This document shows, one piece after another, positions 22,790-36,060 of a DNA stretch of 64,000 bases. Every line of letters begins with the position of its first letter. Positions within the stretch are counted from its first letter, which is position 1. The translations under genes and the position numbers were made by a program. The notes under the pieces are model-generated. The model saw only the letters and a list, made by a program, of their open reading frames with translations. It was not told the DNA's origin and did no database searches. Source of the stretch: Octopus bimaculoides (lineage: Eukaryota); the NCBI RefSeq assembly GCF_001194135.2, contig NC_068993.1:35014411-35078410 (forward strand). Direction: 5' to 3'.

Positions 22790-24849
22790 NNNNNNNNNNN
22801 NNNNNNNNNNNNNNNNNNNNNNNNNNNNNNNNNNNNNNNNNNNNNNNNNNNNNNNNNNNNNNNNNNNNNNNNNNNNNNNNNNNNNNNNNNNNNNNNNNNN
22901 NNNNNNNNNNNNNNNNNNNNNNNNNNNNNNNNNNNNNNNNNNNNNNNNNNNNNNNNNNNNNNNNNNNNNNNNNNNNNNNNNNNNNNNNNNNNNNNNNNNN
23001 NNNNNNNNNNNNNNNNNNNNNNNNNNNNNNNNNNNNNNNNNNNNNNNNNNNNNNNNNNNNNNNNNNNNNNNNNNNNNNNNNNNNATATATACACATAATA
23101 CACACACATATACATATAAATATAAAAATCAAGTTGAAAATTAAGTTGCTAAACATATGAATATTTCCCATTAATCTCTGAAGAGAATAAACCATTCCTT
23201 GAAATTTCTTGTAAGGTTCTTCTGCAATAAAACATTCGGCTATTCCAGAAAGGGATTATTACTTCAAGAATTACCAATATTTTTTTTCATTTCCCATGAT
23301 ATATTTGTTTAATTTTGTCTCAGAACATAAGTAAGATTATGACACAGTAGATGACAGCTTGATTTAATCAGCAGGAAGTTATGTGTCTTCAGCATGGAAG
23401 GGAAAAATATATATATTAGGTGGGTTAGTAATAGAAAATATTGGTGCTGACAGAAAGACGATAAACAGAAAGACAAAAAAATTGGATTTCAGATTATAAA
23501 AATAAAATTGTTATCGAATGGAAGAGTGATAAATACAAGGGAGATAATAAATAAACCATGTGAGTTAAGCAAAGTAACCTTTGACAGCATGCAATTTCCT
23601 CTAAGAATTATGGGTATATGGATAAGACATTTTACATTTGATCAATGTTATGTATGTTATATGAATATTAAGCAAAGATTATATTTGGGATGGAATATTT
23701 TCTACATAAATCAAACTTACATATATTCCTCATATGTTTTTGAGATTTAAGAGTAGCAAGTTTCCAGACATCAAATAGAGCTCAACTAAATGATTAACAA
23801 TATTTAGTTCCATTCGATCTTATTCTGTTCTGAGATCACATGTTAATGTGATTTACTCATCTTTGTGGAATTCATAAAGCAAGTACCAATTTTTCTATTA
23901 CAGTTATGCTAAACATAAGAACATGCCAATGAAAAACACTTTATGTTGCTACGTGACATGTTGGAAATAGCAGCAAAATCTCCTTTAAATTACATTCTAC
24001 AGCTTTTAAAATGAAAGAACATGTTCAATGATTTGATCTTAAAATGCACTCAGGAAAAAAGAAGGAAAGGATACATCATGGCTTGGATGTTGGTTTTTCT
24101 TTATCAGAGTTGGCCATGGGTTTTAAAAATCACAGACAAGGAAGGAAAGATGTCTTTAAATGACCTGAAGATGGAAATGTTCCAGCCAGACACTATTTAT
24201 AGTCAGATTTATTTATGGTGGACATGATTAACTTTATGATAAATTGACATCTCAGACTTTAACCCTCACTTTGATCTCAGCTGAAATTGTAAATCACAGA
24301 TGAAAGCAGAAACAGTGAGAGATTGTGATTAGATTAATGAAGAAATGGAGAAGGAGGTAGAACGTCAGTCAATGACAAGTGCATGTTTACGAGCAGTGTG
24401 AAGGAATAAGGTATGTGAAACAACCAATTATATAGGACATGTTACAAATAGGCATTAAAGAACTAAGAAAATAACTCCTCTGACAGATGGAGTTGACTGC
24501 TTGGGAGAGGGGAAAGCTATAGCTGTGCAAAGAGAGAGAGAAAGGGGGAGAGAGAGAAAGGGGGAGAGAGGGGGAGAGGGAGAGAGTAATGGGAAGTGGG
24601 AGAGAGAGAAAGGAGAAGAGGGAGAGAGATTATTATAGAGAAAGGCATTGATTAAGTACTGAACACTGGATAAACTTGTTATTAATTAGCTGAAGAAAGA
24701 AACCTATTGAACTGACTAATGCAAAATTTGCACAGAATCTAATGTTAAGATGTCCACAAATCTAAATGGTACATTGTATTGTATTTCATGCATTGTACTC
24801 CATGCAATGTAGTTTATGCACTGTACTCCATGTATTGTACTTCATGTAG

Positions 24850-25020
24850 AGACACATAGCTTGGTGGTTAGGGTGTTGTACTCATTTTTGTAAGATTGTG
24901 GTTTTGATTCTTTGACCGGGTGATGTGTCGTGTTCTTGAGCAAAACACTTCATTTCACATTCCTGCAACCCACAGAGTTGGCAAAAATGAGTAATTCTGC
25001 AATGAATCAGCAACCAATCT
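24850..25020 (+). mobile_element. SINE-C
   Basis: gcttggtggttagggtgttgtactc...gattgtggttttgattc...gtgttcttgagcaaaacacttcatttcac. Confidence 0.75.
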
Positions 25021-25034
25021 TGTGGAAATATATA

Positions 25035-25251
25035 TGAGGAGGTGCTGAAAAGATCCAGGCTGTGGCTAAAAGAAAATACTGGAGGATTAGTTAATTATGC
25101 TTTTGCTCAACATATTCCTCTCTCAGATTCGCACACATATTGCTGGAGTCCTTCAGATTTTCTAAGCGCCATAAAAGAACTCGAAAGATTGGGCCCCCTA
25201 CCAGGCCTTTCACAATACCCTTACATCCAGGAACTTTTCAGCACCCCCTTG
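25035..25251. mobile_element. Mariner-type MITE, 217 bp
   Basis: Left tgaggaggtgctgaaaagatccaggctgt vs reverse complement of right caagggggtgctgaaaagttcctggatgt, 23/29 identical. TA on the left. Confidence 0.75.
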
Positions 25252-27274
25252 AATGCCCTAGAATCCAGGAAGCCAACCTTACGAATCTACAGTTTGGGAA
25301 GGATCCTTGATCCTCCTTTCTTGTTTTTGTACTTCATACAGTTTATTTCATGTATTGTACTTCATCCAATGTATTTCATGTATTGAACTTCATGTATTGT
25401 ACTTCATGTATTGTACTTCATGTATAGTACTTATATAGCTCTCTTTGATACACTGGCAGAGAGAGAGAGAGAGAGAGAGAGGGAGGGAAGTGTGTGTATG
25501 TGTGTGATTTGAGTATGATACAGCTGTTATTTCTAGCATCTGTTTCCCTTGGCTAGATATTATTCTACTGGTTTGAAATGAAGGACACCACTTGCATGAT
25601 GCTGACACTTGCTTATAAATATCACATCATATCAAGACAAGGAGACACAGAACCACATCCATACACACATTCAATGAACTTCTTTCAGTTCCGCTCAAGT
25701 GAATTCACTCATATATCTTTGGTCAGCTCAAGACTATAACAGAAACCAAGGTAACACTCACTGAGACTGAATAGGAACCATGTGATTGGGATGTAAATTT
25801 GTAGTTTTAAATAATTAAAACCTAAATAACTGATCAGATATTAAATTTTAGTATTTTAATTATGTGGTGTTTATGTGTGTGTCTAATAGAATAAAAACAT
25901 ATTGCAAATTTTAGGTTATGCAATAAAATTCTTTCCATAATATTTAGCATGAATTTGGATCTTATGCAAAATATATATCCAAAGTCATGTGATTTTTTTC
26001 ATTTTCTGTTATGTTTGAAATTAGACTATTAAAGCAATCTTGGTTATTAACACCAAATAATTAACTATAAATTATTTGCTGCTATACCTGATAGAGCATT
26101 TTGGAGATTTAATCTGTGATCAATTTTTATCTTTAGGCTAATTAAATTACTCTGTGCTCAGTTTACCAAAGAGAAAACACTATAAACTTCCATTTCATGG
26201 CTAAGTTGTTCTTGTTAGAAAACGTACGTATCCAGTTATAAAGAAATGAAGAAAGAAAAGAAAGAAAGGAAAAATTCCCCAGTTTCTGCAAGCATTCTTG
26301 TTTGCAAAACATTACATATAGAATTTGGTCATAGATTGAAAGCAATTTCTCTGAAGAAATCTTAACCTCTATTATTGTTAGCTAAAAAGAGAAAAGGAAA
26401 AACGAAAAAAATATTCTAAAACACCCTTCTTAATAGTTCTTAAAAGTCCCCAAGACAACTGGGAAATTGTATTTCAAACACGATATTACCATCTTGTTAT
26501 ATATTTTATGGGGAAAATGTAGAAAATGTGCGGAGGTCATTGAAAAATATTGCTAATAGTATTAAAGAAACTGTTATATGAAGACTTGACCTGAGGAAAT
26601 TGATTTTCATACATGGCTTCGTAAACAGATGAGGAAGAATATGATATTTAATTATAAGGTAATAATATCCAAAGTCAATCTTATCAAATATGAATGTCTC
26701 AGGATTCCATCAGTCACAATTGAAAGTTGATATATGTAAGTTTTTTGGCATAGTATAATAATTTCAAAGTAATGAGCATTGTCATGATGTCAGCAATTAT
26801 TTAGCCATTGCTTGGATCAAACTGATAAATGATAATTGAGTTGTTGAGACACTGATGAAGACTTCAAACTCTATTTAGTGATTCAAGGGAATAATGTCTT
26901 TAGATCAATCATCAACATCACAAATTATCCCTTTTCCTCTCTTTAAATATAAAAGACTTTGTACCTAAAATGTTGCATTCTAAGGTGGATGTGTGGTGGC
27001 ATTTTGAGTCTACAGGTGCCTCACCATATCCTCTTTTACTACTTTTTCAAGAAACTCTTAAATTGCACACCCACATATCTTTCCATTCTTTTATACTTTT
27101 GTAATAATCTAGATGTGAAATGATCAGGTAAATGTAATTCTGCACTCTGAAACACATAGGTTTTCATTATAAATTCATTGTATATAATGCATTGTATAGT
27201 TCTGGCTTGGACATTTGACTCAGCCCCAATTTACCCATTTTCCTCTTTTTCTTCTTTTTTATGGTTTTCATTAG

Positions 27275-27362
27275 AAAGCAAGAACTGAGCCCATAATCTT
27301 TGCAAGAAACCTTAAAAATGGTAATATGAGATCCAAGCATTCCCCCTACAGTTCCAATAGTT
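27275..27362 (+). CDS. Candidate coding exon (unidentified)
   Basis: Long polypyrimidine acceptor ...ggttttcattag and donor T|gtaagt. 88 nt with open frame KARTEPIIFARNLKNGNMRSKHSPYSSNS. Confidence 0.25.
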
Positions 27363-27839
27363 GTAAGTTGACACTTGTAGAAAATACAGAGGAAGAAAAG
27401 CAATTGCAGAGTTGACATTCTGGAAAGGAAAAACTAAACATAGTGGTTAGCTGAAGACTGGAAAGAGAAACACAAAATGAATGATGAGAGGAGAGGAGAG
27501 AGGAAAGGAGAGCAGAAGGGTGCATGTATGGGTACACATTTGTGTTGTTTGTGTGTTTATAGTTGTGCTTTACAAAAGTTATGAGCTGCTTGCAGTGTTT
27601 TTCTTCTTATTTTCTCCTAGCAATAAACCATCCATTGGCTTTGTATCTTTCATGATGTGTGTAATTACATGAAAATGAGTAAGGGTTAGCAACAAGAAGG
27701 CATCTTGATAATATATTTGTCTAAACTTTACTTGCTTAGAAAAGGGAATACAAAATGAAAGAATATCTATCTATCTATCTATCTATCTGTCTGTCTGTCT
27801 GTCTGTCTGTCTGTCCATATGCNNNNNNNNNNNNNNNNN

Positions 27840-27887
<48 letters not shown>

Positions 27888-28365
27888 TAAATACATACAC
27901 ATTCACAAACACACACACACACAAATGACAGCCCCACTTTAGTGGAAGCTATGTATCTGTCAAGCAATTTAAACTGGCTAAAGGTAATTTGTTTTGTTAC
28001 AAAAATGCTTGATGATTTGATGATGTATTCTAATTGTAAAGTATTATATTGCTTAACCAATATTTTCATTAATGGAATATATATAAAACTGTATTGATAA
28101 ACATGAAAAGTTGTCTACATTTTCGCTTCTCTATATATATGTACTCTGTGTTCAAATTTCAATGGATAATTACTGCAGAATATCAAGAGAAAAAAATTGC
28201 CTTTTATTAATGAATGAATCTTTCAAACTTTCGTTTAGTATATGGAGTTACAAGCATTGGTTAACTGTCATGCACTGAATACTGTACTACACAAACATAT
28301 GTAGCCTGAATTTTACCTGTTCCACTCCCTCAGTTTGGATTTAAATATTGTTATCATGATGAGGA

Positions 28366-29395
28366 TAATCATCCTTTAGCATCTGCATTCTATGCTGGCA
28401 TGGGTTAGACAGTTTGACTGAAACTGGTAAACTGGAAAGCTCTACCAAGTTCCAGTCTGATTTGGCATGGTTTCTATGGCTGTAAGTTCTTCCTAATGCT
28501 AACCACTCCAAGAGTGTAATGGATGCCTTTTACATGCCATCAGTATGGGTCCCAGTTATGTGACACCAGCATTGGCAATGACTACGATTTCACTTGGCTT
28601 GATGAGTCTTCTCATGCAAGGCATACCACTAACAGTATCAGTCACTAACAGTATCACGAGGCCCAATGTTTGAAGGGTGCCTTTTATATGCCACCTGCAT
28701 GGGTGCCAGTTATGTAACACTGGCATCGACCATGACAACAATTTAACTTGGCTTGACAGGAACAGTCTTGGTCACTTGTCATCACCTTCATGAGGCCCAA
28801 CATTTGGAGGGTGCTTTTTACATGCCACCGACATGGATGCCCGTAATGTGACATTGGCATCGACCATGACTATGATTCCACTTGGATTGACAGGTCTTCT
28901 CAAGCACAGCATATCACCAAAGGTCTCTGTCAATGTCATTGCCTCTGTGAGGCCCAGTATTCGAAGATCATGCTTCATCACCTTGTTCCATGTCTTCCTG
29001 GGTCTACCTCTTTCACAGGTTCCCTCAACACTTTGAGATCAGCACTTCTTTACACTGCAGTCTTCATCAATATGCATCACATGACCATATCACTACAGCC
29101 GTCTCTCTTGCACACCACATCTGATGCCTCTTATGCCCAACTTTTCTCTCAAGACGCTTGTATTCTGTTGTACATGCACACTGGTCATTGCACATCCAGG
29201 AAAGCATACTAGCTTCATTTGTTTCAGACCTATGCATGTTCTCAGCAGTCCCAGCCCATGTTTTACTGCCATGTAGCATGGCTGTTCACCCACAGGCATC
29301 TTACAATCTACCTTTCACTTTGGAAGAGAGGCCTTTAATTACCAACAGGTGTAGGAATTCTCTGAACTTTGCCCAGCTTATTCTTATTCTAGTAG

Positions 29396-29398
<3 letters not shown>
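28366..29398 (-). mobile_element. 5'-truncated RTE-clade LINE (RT C-terminus plus 3' UTR with reiterated units)
   Basis: MLHGSKTWA...NEASMLSWMC...LREKLGIRGIRCGVQERRL...YGHVMHIDED...RGRPRKTW...DLRILGLTEAM, followed by the RTE 3' end. Confidence 0.9.
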
Positions 29399-29434
<36 letters not shown>

Positions 29435-30599
29435 TATAATTTTAACAAGGTTACCACTGGTTTCATGTAGAGAGAAATATCTCAGTAATTATCAAGCATG
29501 TCACAAACGTTGCCATGTGGTAGGCAGCTTGATAATTGTTGGGAGATTTCTCTCTCATGAAACCGTTGGTAGCCTTGTCAACTCACAAATAAAGTGTGTG
29601 TGTGTGTGTGTGTGTATACACTCATATTTACTTTTATTGCATATTATTTTTTCTGTATTATTATATTATTGTTTCATATTACTACTACTGCTAGAACTAC
29701 TACCACTACTACTACTATATTATTATCATTATATATTCTTTAAATTTCATTATCAAATATAATATAAGTAATGCTGTCAAAGTTAAAAAAAGAATACAGC
29801 AATAAACAGATTTGACCAGAAATGATTATGGAACAAAAGCAAGAAACAAAACTGTTTCTCCAGTGTAATAAGGAATTGTAATTTATTATTCATGATATAA
29901 CCCCAGGGCAAGAGTAGTTAAAGACAACAGCACCTGTTAATCTGTCTAGGTGATGTGAATTATTTCAGGTGCTACTGGAAGAGAAATTTATACTAGTGCA
30001 GAATAAGTTATTGTATAAAAACAGACAGTTGCATCAAATAAATATGAATATTTCATGCAATACTTCTAAAACAGATGCACATTTGCACATGTAAAAATCA
30101 ATATGCTGACATAGATCCTACCAAATGTTTCATAATGCATGTGCATTAAAATATATGTATATAATCAATGCTTTGCTTATATATTTGTGTGTACATATGT
30201 ATTTATGTGTTGCATATGAATGTGTGTACATATGTATTTATGTGTTGCATATGAATGTGTGTGCACTTTAAGTGCATTTCTGTGTTTTATATATGTATAG
30301 GTATATGCATGTGTGTATGTTTATATGTATACATTCATAATGTCCATTAGTATGCATGTTTGTATGTATGCATGTATATGTATATGTATATAAATGTATG
30401 TATACATATATATAGATATGCATGTAGTATATATGTACTTGTATGCAGTAGTGAGTGTGTTTGCAAGTATGGATATACATATATATGTATATAATGTGCA
30501 TGTATGTGTGTTCATACTTTATGCTTTTCATGTTCAATGGTATTTCTCTTTATATAAATTTACATATATAAACCAATTTATACACAAATATCCAGTAGC

Positions 30600-32330
30600 A
30601 TGCAATTCAGTATGCATAGCACACCACTCCACCATGCCATGGTTCTATTGCCTAATTAAAATACTCAAGGACACCAGTGACCTGAGGCAGCTCAATGTAT
30701 GCCTGATCATTGATAGCACAAAATTTCCACTCCAGAAGATGGAATGGCTCTTTGCATGGTTATTCAAACCTCTGCTACTGCACATACCAGCACATATAGT
30801 AAACAGGTGACAACTTGTTGAACTCCTCCATAAGCTTCCACTGGAAACCATCTCACAGCAACTACACTCTCAGCCTAGATGTATAGTCCATTTATACAAG
30901 CACACCACTGGATGATGCCATACAAACCATTGAGGAATGCTTAGAAAGTGGCTAGAAGCTGTCAGCAGAAGTCTCATCAATGAACCTCAGATTCATCTTT
31001 GAATTATGCATCACCAACACCTACTTCCAGTACAAAAACACCACTTATCGGCAATGCAGCAGTCTCCCAATGGGGTCAGATTCAGGAAAATCCTGGACAT
31101 CCTTATCGTGGATGACAAGAAATGCAAGCTCCTCCATGCAAGATGGCACATTGCATTATAGTGGAGATACATTGATGACACCTTTGTCCTAACCCATTCC
31201 AGAGATGAGGTGACCAAGGTCCAAAATATCTTCAACAGCTTCCACTGCAAGGTCCAGTTCGACACAGAACATCTAGCCACAAATGGCTCACTAAGTTTCT
31301 TGGATTTCAATGTCTACTTTGCCTTGGGGCAGGCAACAATCCAATTCTTTGAGAAGGAGGTTAAGAGAGTTATCCAAAGGCATTGAAGTACAACATAGTC
31401 TTTAACATACTCAACTGTCACTTTAGCAGGTATGATGTGGCCTAAAACGAGAACTCACTGTGGAAAAATTTTGCTAAGATGTTGTATCTAAGAGGATACA
31501 GGCCACATTTCAAAGAGAAAGTGTGCAACACACATAGCACATGAGCATGAGGACATCCCAAGGGGACCGTCCACAAGGCCAAATGGAACAGGAAAATTCA
31601 CAACAGTGACAGCTGATATCACAGTCAATATCACAGATCACAGACTTGCCTGCTATCAAATCCCGGCCTCATATGGACACATAATAGCCAATGCCATGAA
31701 CGGTCAATGAGCTGGTGATGAAAACAACCTCTAAAGCAACCACTACAACAACTGTGACAACAAGGTCAATGAGCTAGTGACAACAACTGCAACAACTGCA
31801 GTGACCACAGCAATAACAACAATGGTGACAAGGCTGGTGACAACAACCACAGTGACTACAGCAGCAACAATATCAACTACAGCAGCAACAATGGCAGCAA
31901 CAATAGTAACAACAGCACCAACAACAATATCAATAGTGACAGCAATGACAATGACCAGACTGGTGCCACAGAGGTGGAACCATAAAGACCCAAAGGAGTT
32001 GCAAGATTGATAACAAGGAGAAGAATGACAGAGAGCAGACCAGTAGAAGGAAGAAACAGGAGAAGAGTAAACACTGGGGTCTGTTAGTCTACCACATTAG
32101 AGAGAAATGGTAGAGAACAAATTAAAAAGTAGCATCAAGAGATCTGGCCTCCTTGTTAGAATCACAAGACAGGGCCATATGCTCACACACTCCCTCTCAT
32201 ATACCAGAAAGAAATGTCCAATCAGCACAATGTAACCTATAGATAATGTCTGGATGTGTTTTAAATACCAAATGCTGTTGTGGGGCAAGATATATAGGAT
32301 TTACTGATTTAACTACCTGCACCTGCTTTT
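30600..32330 (+). mobile_element. Penelope-like element remnant (RT plus GIY-YIG endonuclease)
   Basis: PWFYCLIKILKD, SLDV*SIYTSTP, CITNTYFQYKNTTYRQCSSLPMGS, WRYIDDTF (about 31162), FDTE...LSFLDF, LRGYRP. At 32252-32305 GCVLNTKCCCGARYIGFT (GIY-YIG-like). Frameshifted. Confidence 0.85.
31730..31965 (+). repeat. Cryptic (ACA/GCA/GTG) triplet low-complexity tract inside the Penelope linker
   Basis: Gives a Thr/Ala-rich reading (ORF 31777-32010). The motif gctggtgacaacaac recurs in variants. Confidence 0.8.
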
Positions 32331-32689
32331 CTATCTATTTATCTACCTATCAACTTCTATATCTACTTCCATATTCATAAACATTTTATATATCCTTAAT
32401 CTTTTGTATCCATGAACTTTCAAAACTTTTCTATCCATAAATCTATTATAGAAAATTAAACCTCATCATCCCTCCTTGTACTCTACTTCATTTTATTTTA
32501 TTTTATTTTTTTTACCCTCCTCCTTTATCTTCCAAACCTCTCCTAATAATGACTTTACTCTAACATCTTACTATCTTACTATACTCTAACAATGTTCCAA
32601 CAGATATACTAACACATGACATCAGGCTTTAGTCCCCTTTTTTGGTCATTGTCCTCCAGACTATAACAGAGAAATTCAAAACCAGCAGC

Positions 32690-33772
32690 CTCTAGGAACT
32701 ACTGTATGCTGAGACAGAAAGTTCCAGATGTAGAAGCAAAACCTGGAATTTAAGGTTAATTTAACAAAGACTAAGGTCCTAGTAAGCAAGAAAACTGACA
32801 GGACCCTATCTGCCTCTGTTCGATTTGTAGGAGAGGTGTAAGCAGGAACTCCATACAGTGTACCCAGTAAAAGTGGGTTAACTGGAAGGCTATCAAAGAA
32901 GATAGTTTTCATATGTAGGAGATGCACAGGATCCTTGAAAACCTTAGAGACTCAGGAAATTGATTCTCTCAAATGTCCTGGTGGTTCATTAGAAGTAGTA
33001 AATAATTTTTGCTACATAAGGGGCCAAATTAGTAGTGGGGAGGATGCACAGAGAGTGGACTGGAGAAACGTGAAATGAAGTGTTTTTCTCAAGAACACAA
33101 GGTGTCGCCCAGTCCGAAACCACAATCCTACAATCATGGTGCTGACACCCTAACCACTAAACCACGAGCCTCCACTAGAATAAGAATAGGATAGAGGAAA
33201 TTCAGAGAGTTGTTATTTCTGTTGGCCATGAAAGGCTTCTCTCTCCAAGTAGCAGTAAGACATGGGCCATGAATTCAGGAGACATGTTAAGGTTAGGAAG
33301 GAATGAAGCTAGTATGCTTCACTGGATGTGTAATGTAAGTGTACATATTTGACAGAGTGCCAATGTTCTAAGAGAGATGTTAGGTGTAAGAGGAATTCGT
33401 TGCTGTGGTCATGTGATGCTGATGGATGCTGACAGTTCCATAAAGAAGCACTAATCTCTCAAGGTGGATGGAACATGTTAAGGTGGGAGACTCATGGGTT
33501 GAAGTACTGAAAAACGAGCTTAGGAAGCTGAACCTTTCAGGCAAGATGACAAAGGACAAAGATACCATGTGAAAGCACCTCTGCGGTACTACATTAAAGC
33601 ATCCAACACACTCTATAAAAGTGGTTGGTATTGGGAGGGGCATCCAGCCATTGAAACAATGCCAAATCAGACTGGAGTCTGGTGCAGCCCATTGGGTCAT
33701 CAGCTTTGGTCACATCATCCAACCCATGCCAGTATGGAAAGTGGACATTCAATGATGATGATGATGATGATT
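32690..33772 (+). mobile_element. 5'-truncated RTE-clade LINE interrupted by a SINE-C
   Basis: VNLTKTKVLV...ICRRGVSRNSIQCTQ...FICRRCTG...LEVVNNFCY, then RIRIG*RKFRELL...NEASMLHWMCNVSV...GRLMG, then the RTE 3' end with (gat)n at 33751-33770. Confidence 0.9.
33055..33176 (-). mobile_element. SINE-C head within the RTE copy
   Basis: The minus strand reads gtggaggctcgtggtttagtggttagggtgtcagcacc (tRNA-like head). The junction shares gagtg with the RTE sequence. Confidence 0.8.
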
Positions 33773-34841
33773 CTCATGCATGTAGTTAGATATCTAGGCA
33801 TGATATATATATATATGTATATATGCATATATATGTATATATACATGTATGTATGTATGTATACATATATGTATGTATATATATATATGAATGTATATAT
33901 ATATATGNNNNNNNNNNNNNNNNNNNNNNNNNNNNNNNNNNNNNNNNNNNNNNNNNNNNNNNNNNNNNNNNNNNNNNNNNNNNNNNNNNNNNNNNNNNNN
34001 NNNNNNNNNNNNNNNNNNNNNNNNNNNNNNNNNNNNNNNNNNNNNNNNNNNNNNNNNNNNNNNNNNNNNNNNNNNNNNNNNNNNNNNNNNNNNNNNNNNN
34101 NNNNNNNNNNNNNNNNNNNNNNNNNNNNNNNNNNNNNNNNNNNNNNNNNNNNNNNNNNNNNNNNNNNNNNNNNNNNNNNNNNNNNNNNNNNNNNNNNNNN
34201 NNNNNNNNNNNNNNNNNNNNNNNNNNNNNNNNNNNNNNNNNNNNNNNNNNNNNNNNNNNNNNNNNNNNNNNNNNNNNNNNNNNNNNNNNNNNNNNNNNNN
34301 NNNNNNNNNNNNNNNNNNNNNNNNNNNNNNNNNNNNNNNNNNNNNNNNNNNNNNNNNNNNNNNNNNNNNNNNNNNNNNNNNNNNNNNNNNNNNNNNNNNN
34401 NNNNNNNNNNNNNNNNNNNNNNNNNNNNNNNNNNNNNNNNNNNNNNNNNNNNNNNNNNNNNNNNNNNNNNNNNNNNNNNNNNNNNNNNNNNNNNNNNNNN
34501 NNNNNNNNNNNNNNNNNNNNNNNNNNNNNNNNNNNNNNNNNNNNNNNNNNNNNNNNNNNNNNNNNNNNNNNNNNNNNNNNNNNNNNNNNNNNNNNNNNNN
34601 NNNNNNNNNNNNNNNNNNNNNNNNNNNNNNNNNNNNNNNNNNNNNNNNNNNNNNNNNNNNNNNNNNNNNNNNNNNNNNNNNNNNNNNNNNNNNNNNNNNN
34701 NNNNNNNNNNNNNNNNNNNNNNNNNNNNNNNNNNNNNNNNNNNNNNNNNNNNNNNNNNNNNNNNNNNNNNNNNNNNNNNNNNNNNNNNNNNNNNNNNNNN
34801 NNNNNNNNNNNNNNNNNNNNNNNNNNNNNNNNNNNNNNNNN

Positions 34842-34885
<44 letters not shown>

Positions 34886-35586
34886 GAAATGATTGGAATA
34901 TTGCTGAGTTGCAGATCAATAGAATGTAATCAAGTGAGATAATGGCTGTCTGATAAAAGCAATAAGAGGATAGGAAAATGAATGAAAGGTCAATATGACT
35001 GATAATAACGGAAGTTGAAAGTGTTGGGGAGAAAGTTAAGAATACAAGCAGCATTTGATATTTTTGGTAAGGAGAAGCAATGATGGTAATTTTGTATTAA
35101 ATTGGTTCGATTTGATTAGAGATATGACAGTGTTAACTCAAAGTTCAAATAATGTGATGGATAACTGTTGACCTGGCACCAATATTGTTATCATTTTTAC
35201 TTAAGTTCAAAAACTGTATTGGTTATAAGTTTTAACTAGTGAAATGATTAGAAAGATAACATACAAAACATTTTGGTATTGAGGTGCGTAAATAATGTGA
35301 ACTGATTGGAAATGTGGTTGTGTTATTCTTGTGTAAGTTAACGGATGTAATGATTTTTCATGAAATGCTGAGCATCAAATAATACACAATGTAGAGGCTA
35401 TTGACAGAAATTATTAAAGCAAGTAAATAAATACTAATTGGCTGGAATCAACATGAAACCAATAAAAAGCCATGCTTGATCCAATAAGAAAGCTTCTATT
35501 TATTTCACTGATTCACTGTAGCAAGAATATTTCTCCACAAACATCTTACCATCTGTAAACTCAAGTTCATATAGTTTAAGTGTTAA

Positions 35587-35795
35587 CCCGTTAGCATTCA
35601 GCTTACTGTGTCAAATGTAAAGCTTATTTATTCACATTATGTTAAATTAATCCTGCTTTATCTTGTAGCTTTGAAATTTCAATGATGTGATTGTATATTA
35701 TTGGAAAGACTTTGTGGAGTATGTGTGAGAAGAGAGATCTGGCCAGTTTGAACATAAAACGGGGGCCAGATATGGGTAGTTTAAATATTAAAGGG
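35587..35795. mobile_element. piggyBac-type MITE, 209 bp
   Basis: TTAA|cccgttagcatt...aatattaaaggg|TTAA: TTAA duplication (35583-35586 and 35796-35799), CCC...GGG termini and imperfect short TIRs. Confidence 0.75.
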
Positions 35796-35953
35796 TTAAA
35801 CTTGAGATCAACAAGCTACTTCCAAATATAGACAGCTTGCATTTTCTTTTTACTTGTTTTAGTCATTGGACTGCGGTCATGCTGGAGCATGACAAATACA
35901 AACACAGGCACAAAAGACACACTCACACATAAATATGCAATCCCATTCCACAC

Positions 35954-36013
<60 letters not shown>

Positions 36014-36060
36014 GTGTGTGTGTGTGTATGTATGTGTATATATATATATATATATATATA

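Larger units (their letters stand above)
24770..25432. repeat. 14-bp minisatellite (catgtattgtactt)n in two blocks (about 24770-24847 and 25330-25432) separated by a SINE-C and a MITE
   Basis: The same unit is readable in both blocks. Confidence 0.7.

Noticed and set aside
25042-25386. 114-aa ORF with protein-like composition
   Set aside because: It runs through a TIR-bounded MITE and into a 14-bp minisatellite, and a second frame is also open.
26166-26381. Minus-strand 72-codon open segment with good splice sites
   Set aside because: It includes an (AAAG) simple repeat and a T-rich strand that avoids stops, so the coding signal is unconvincing.
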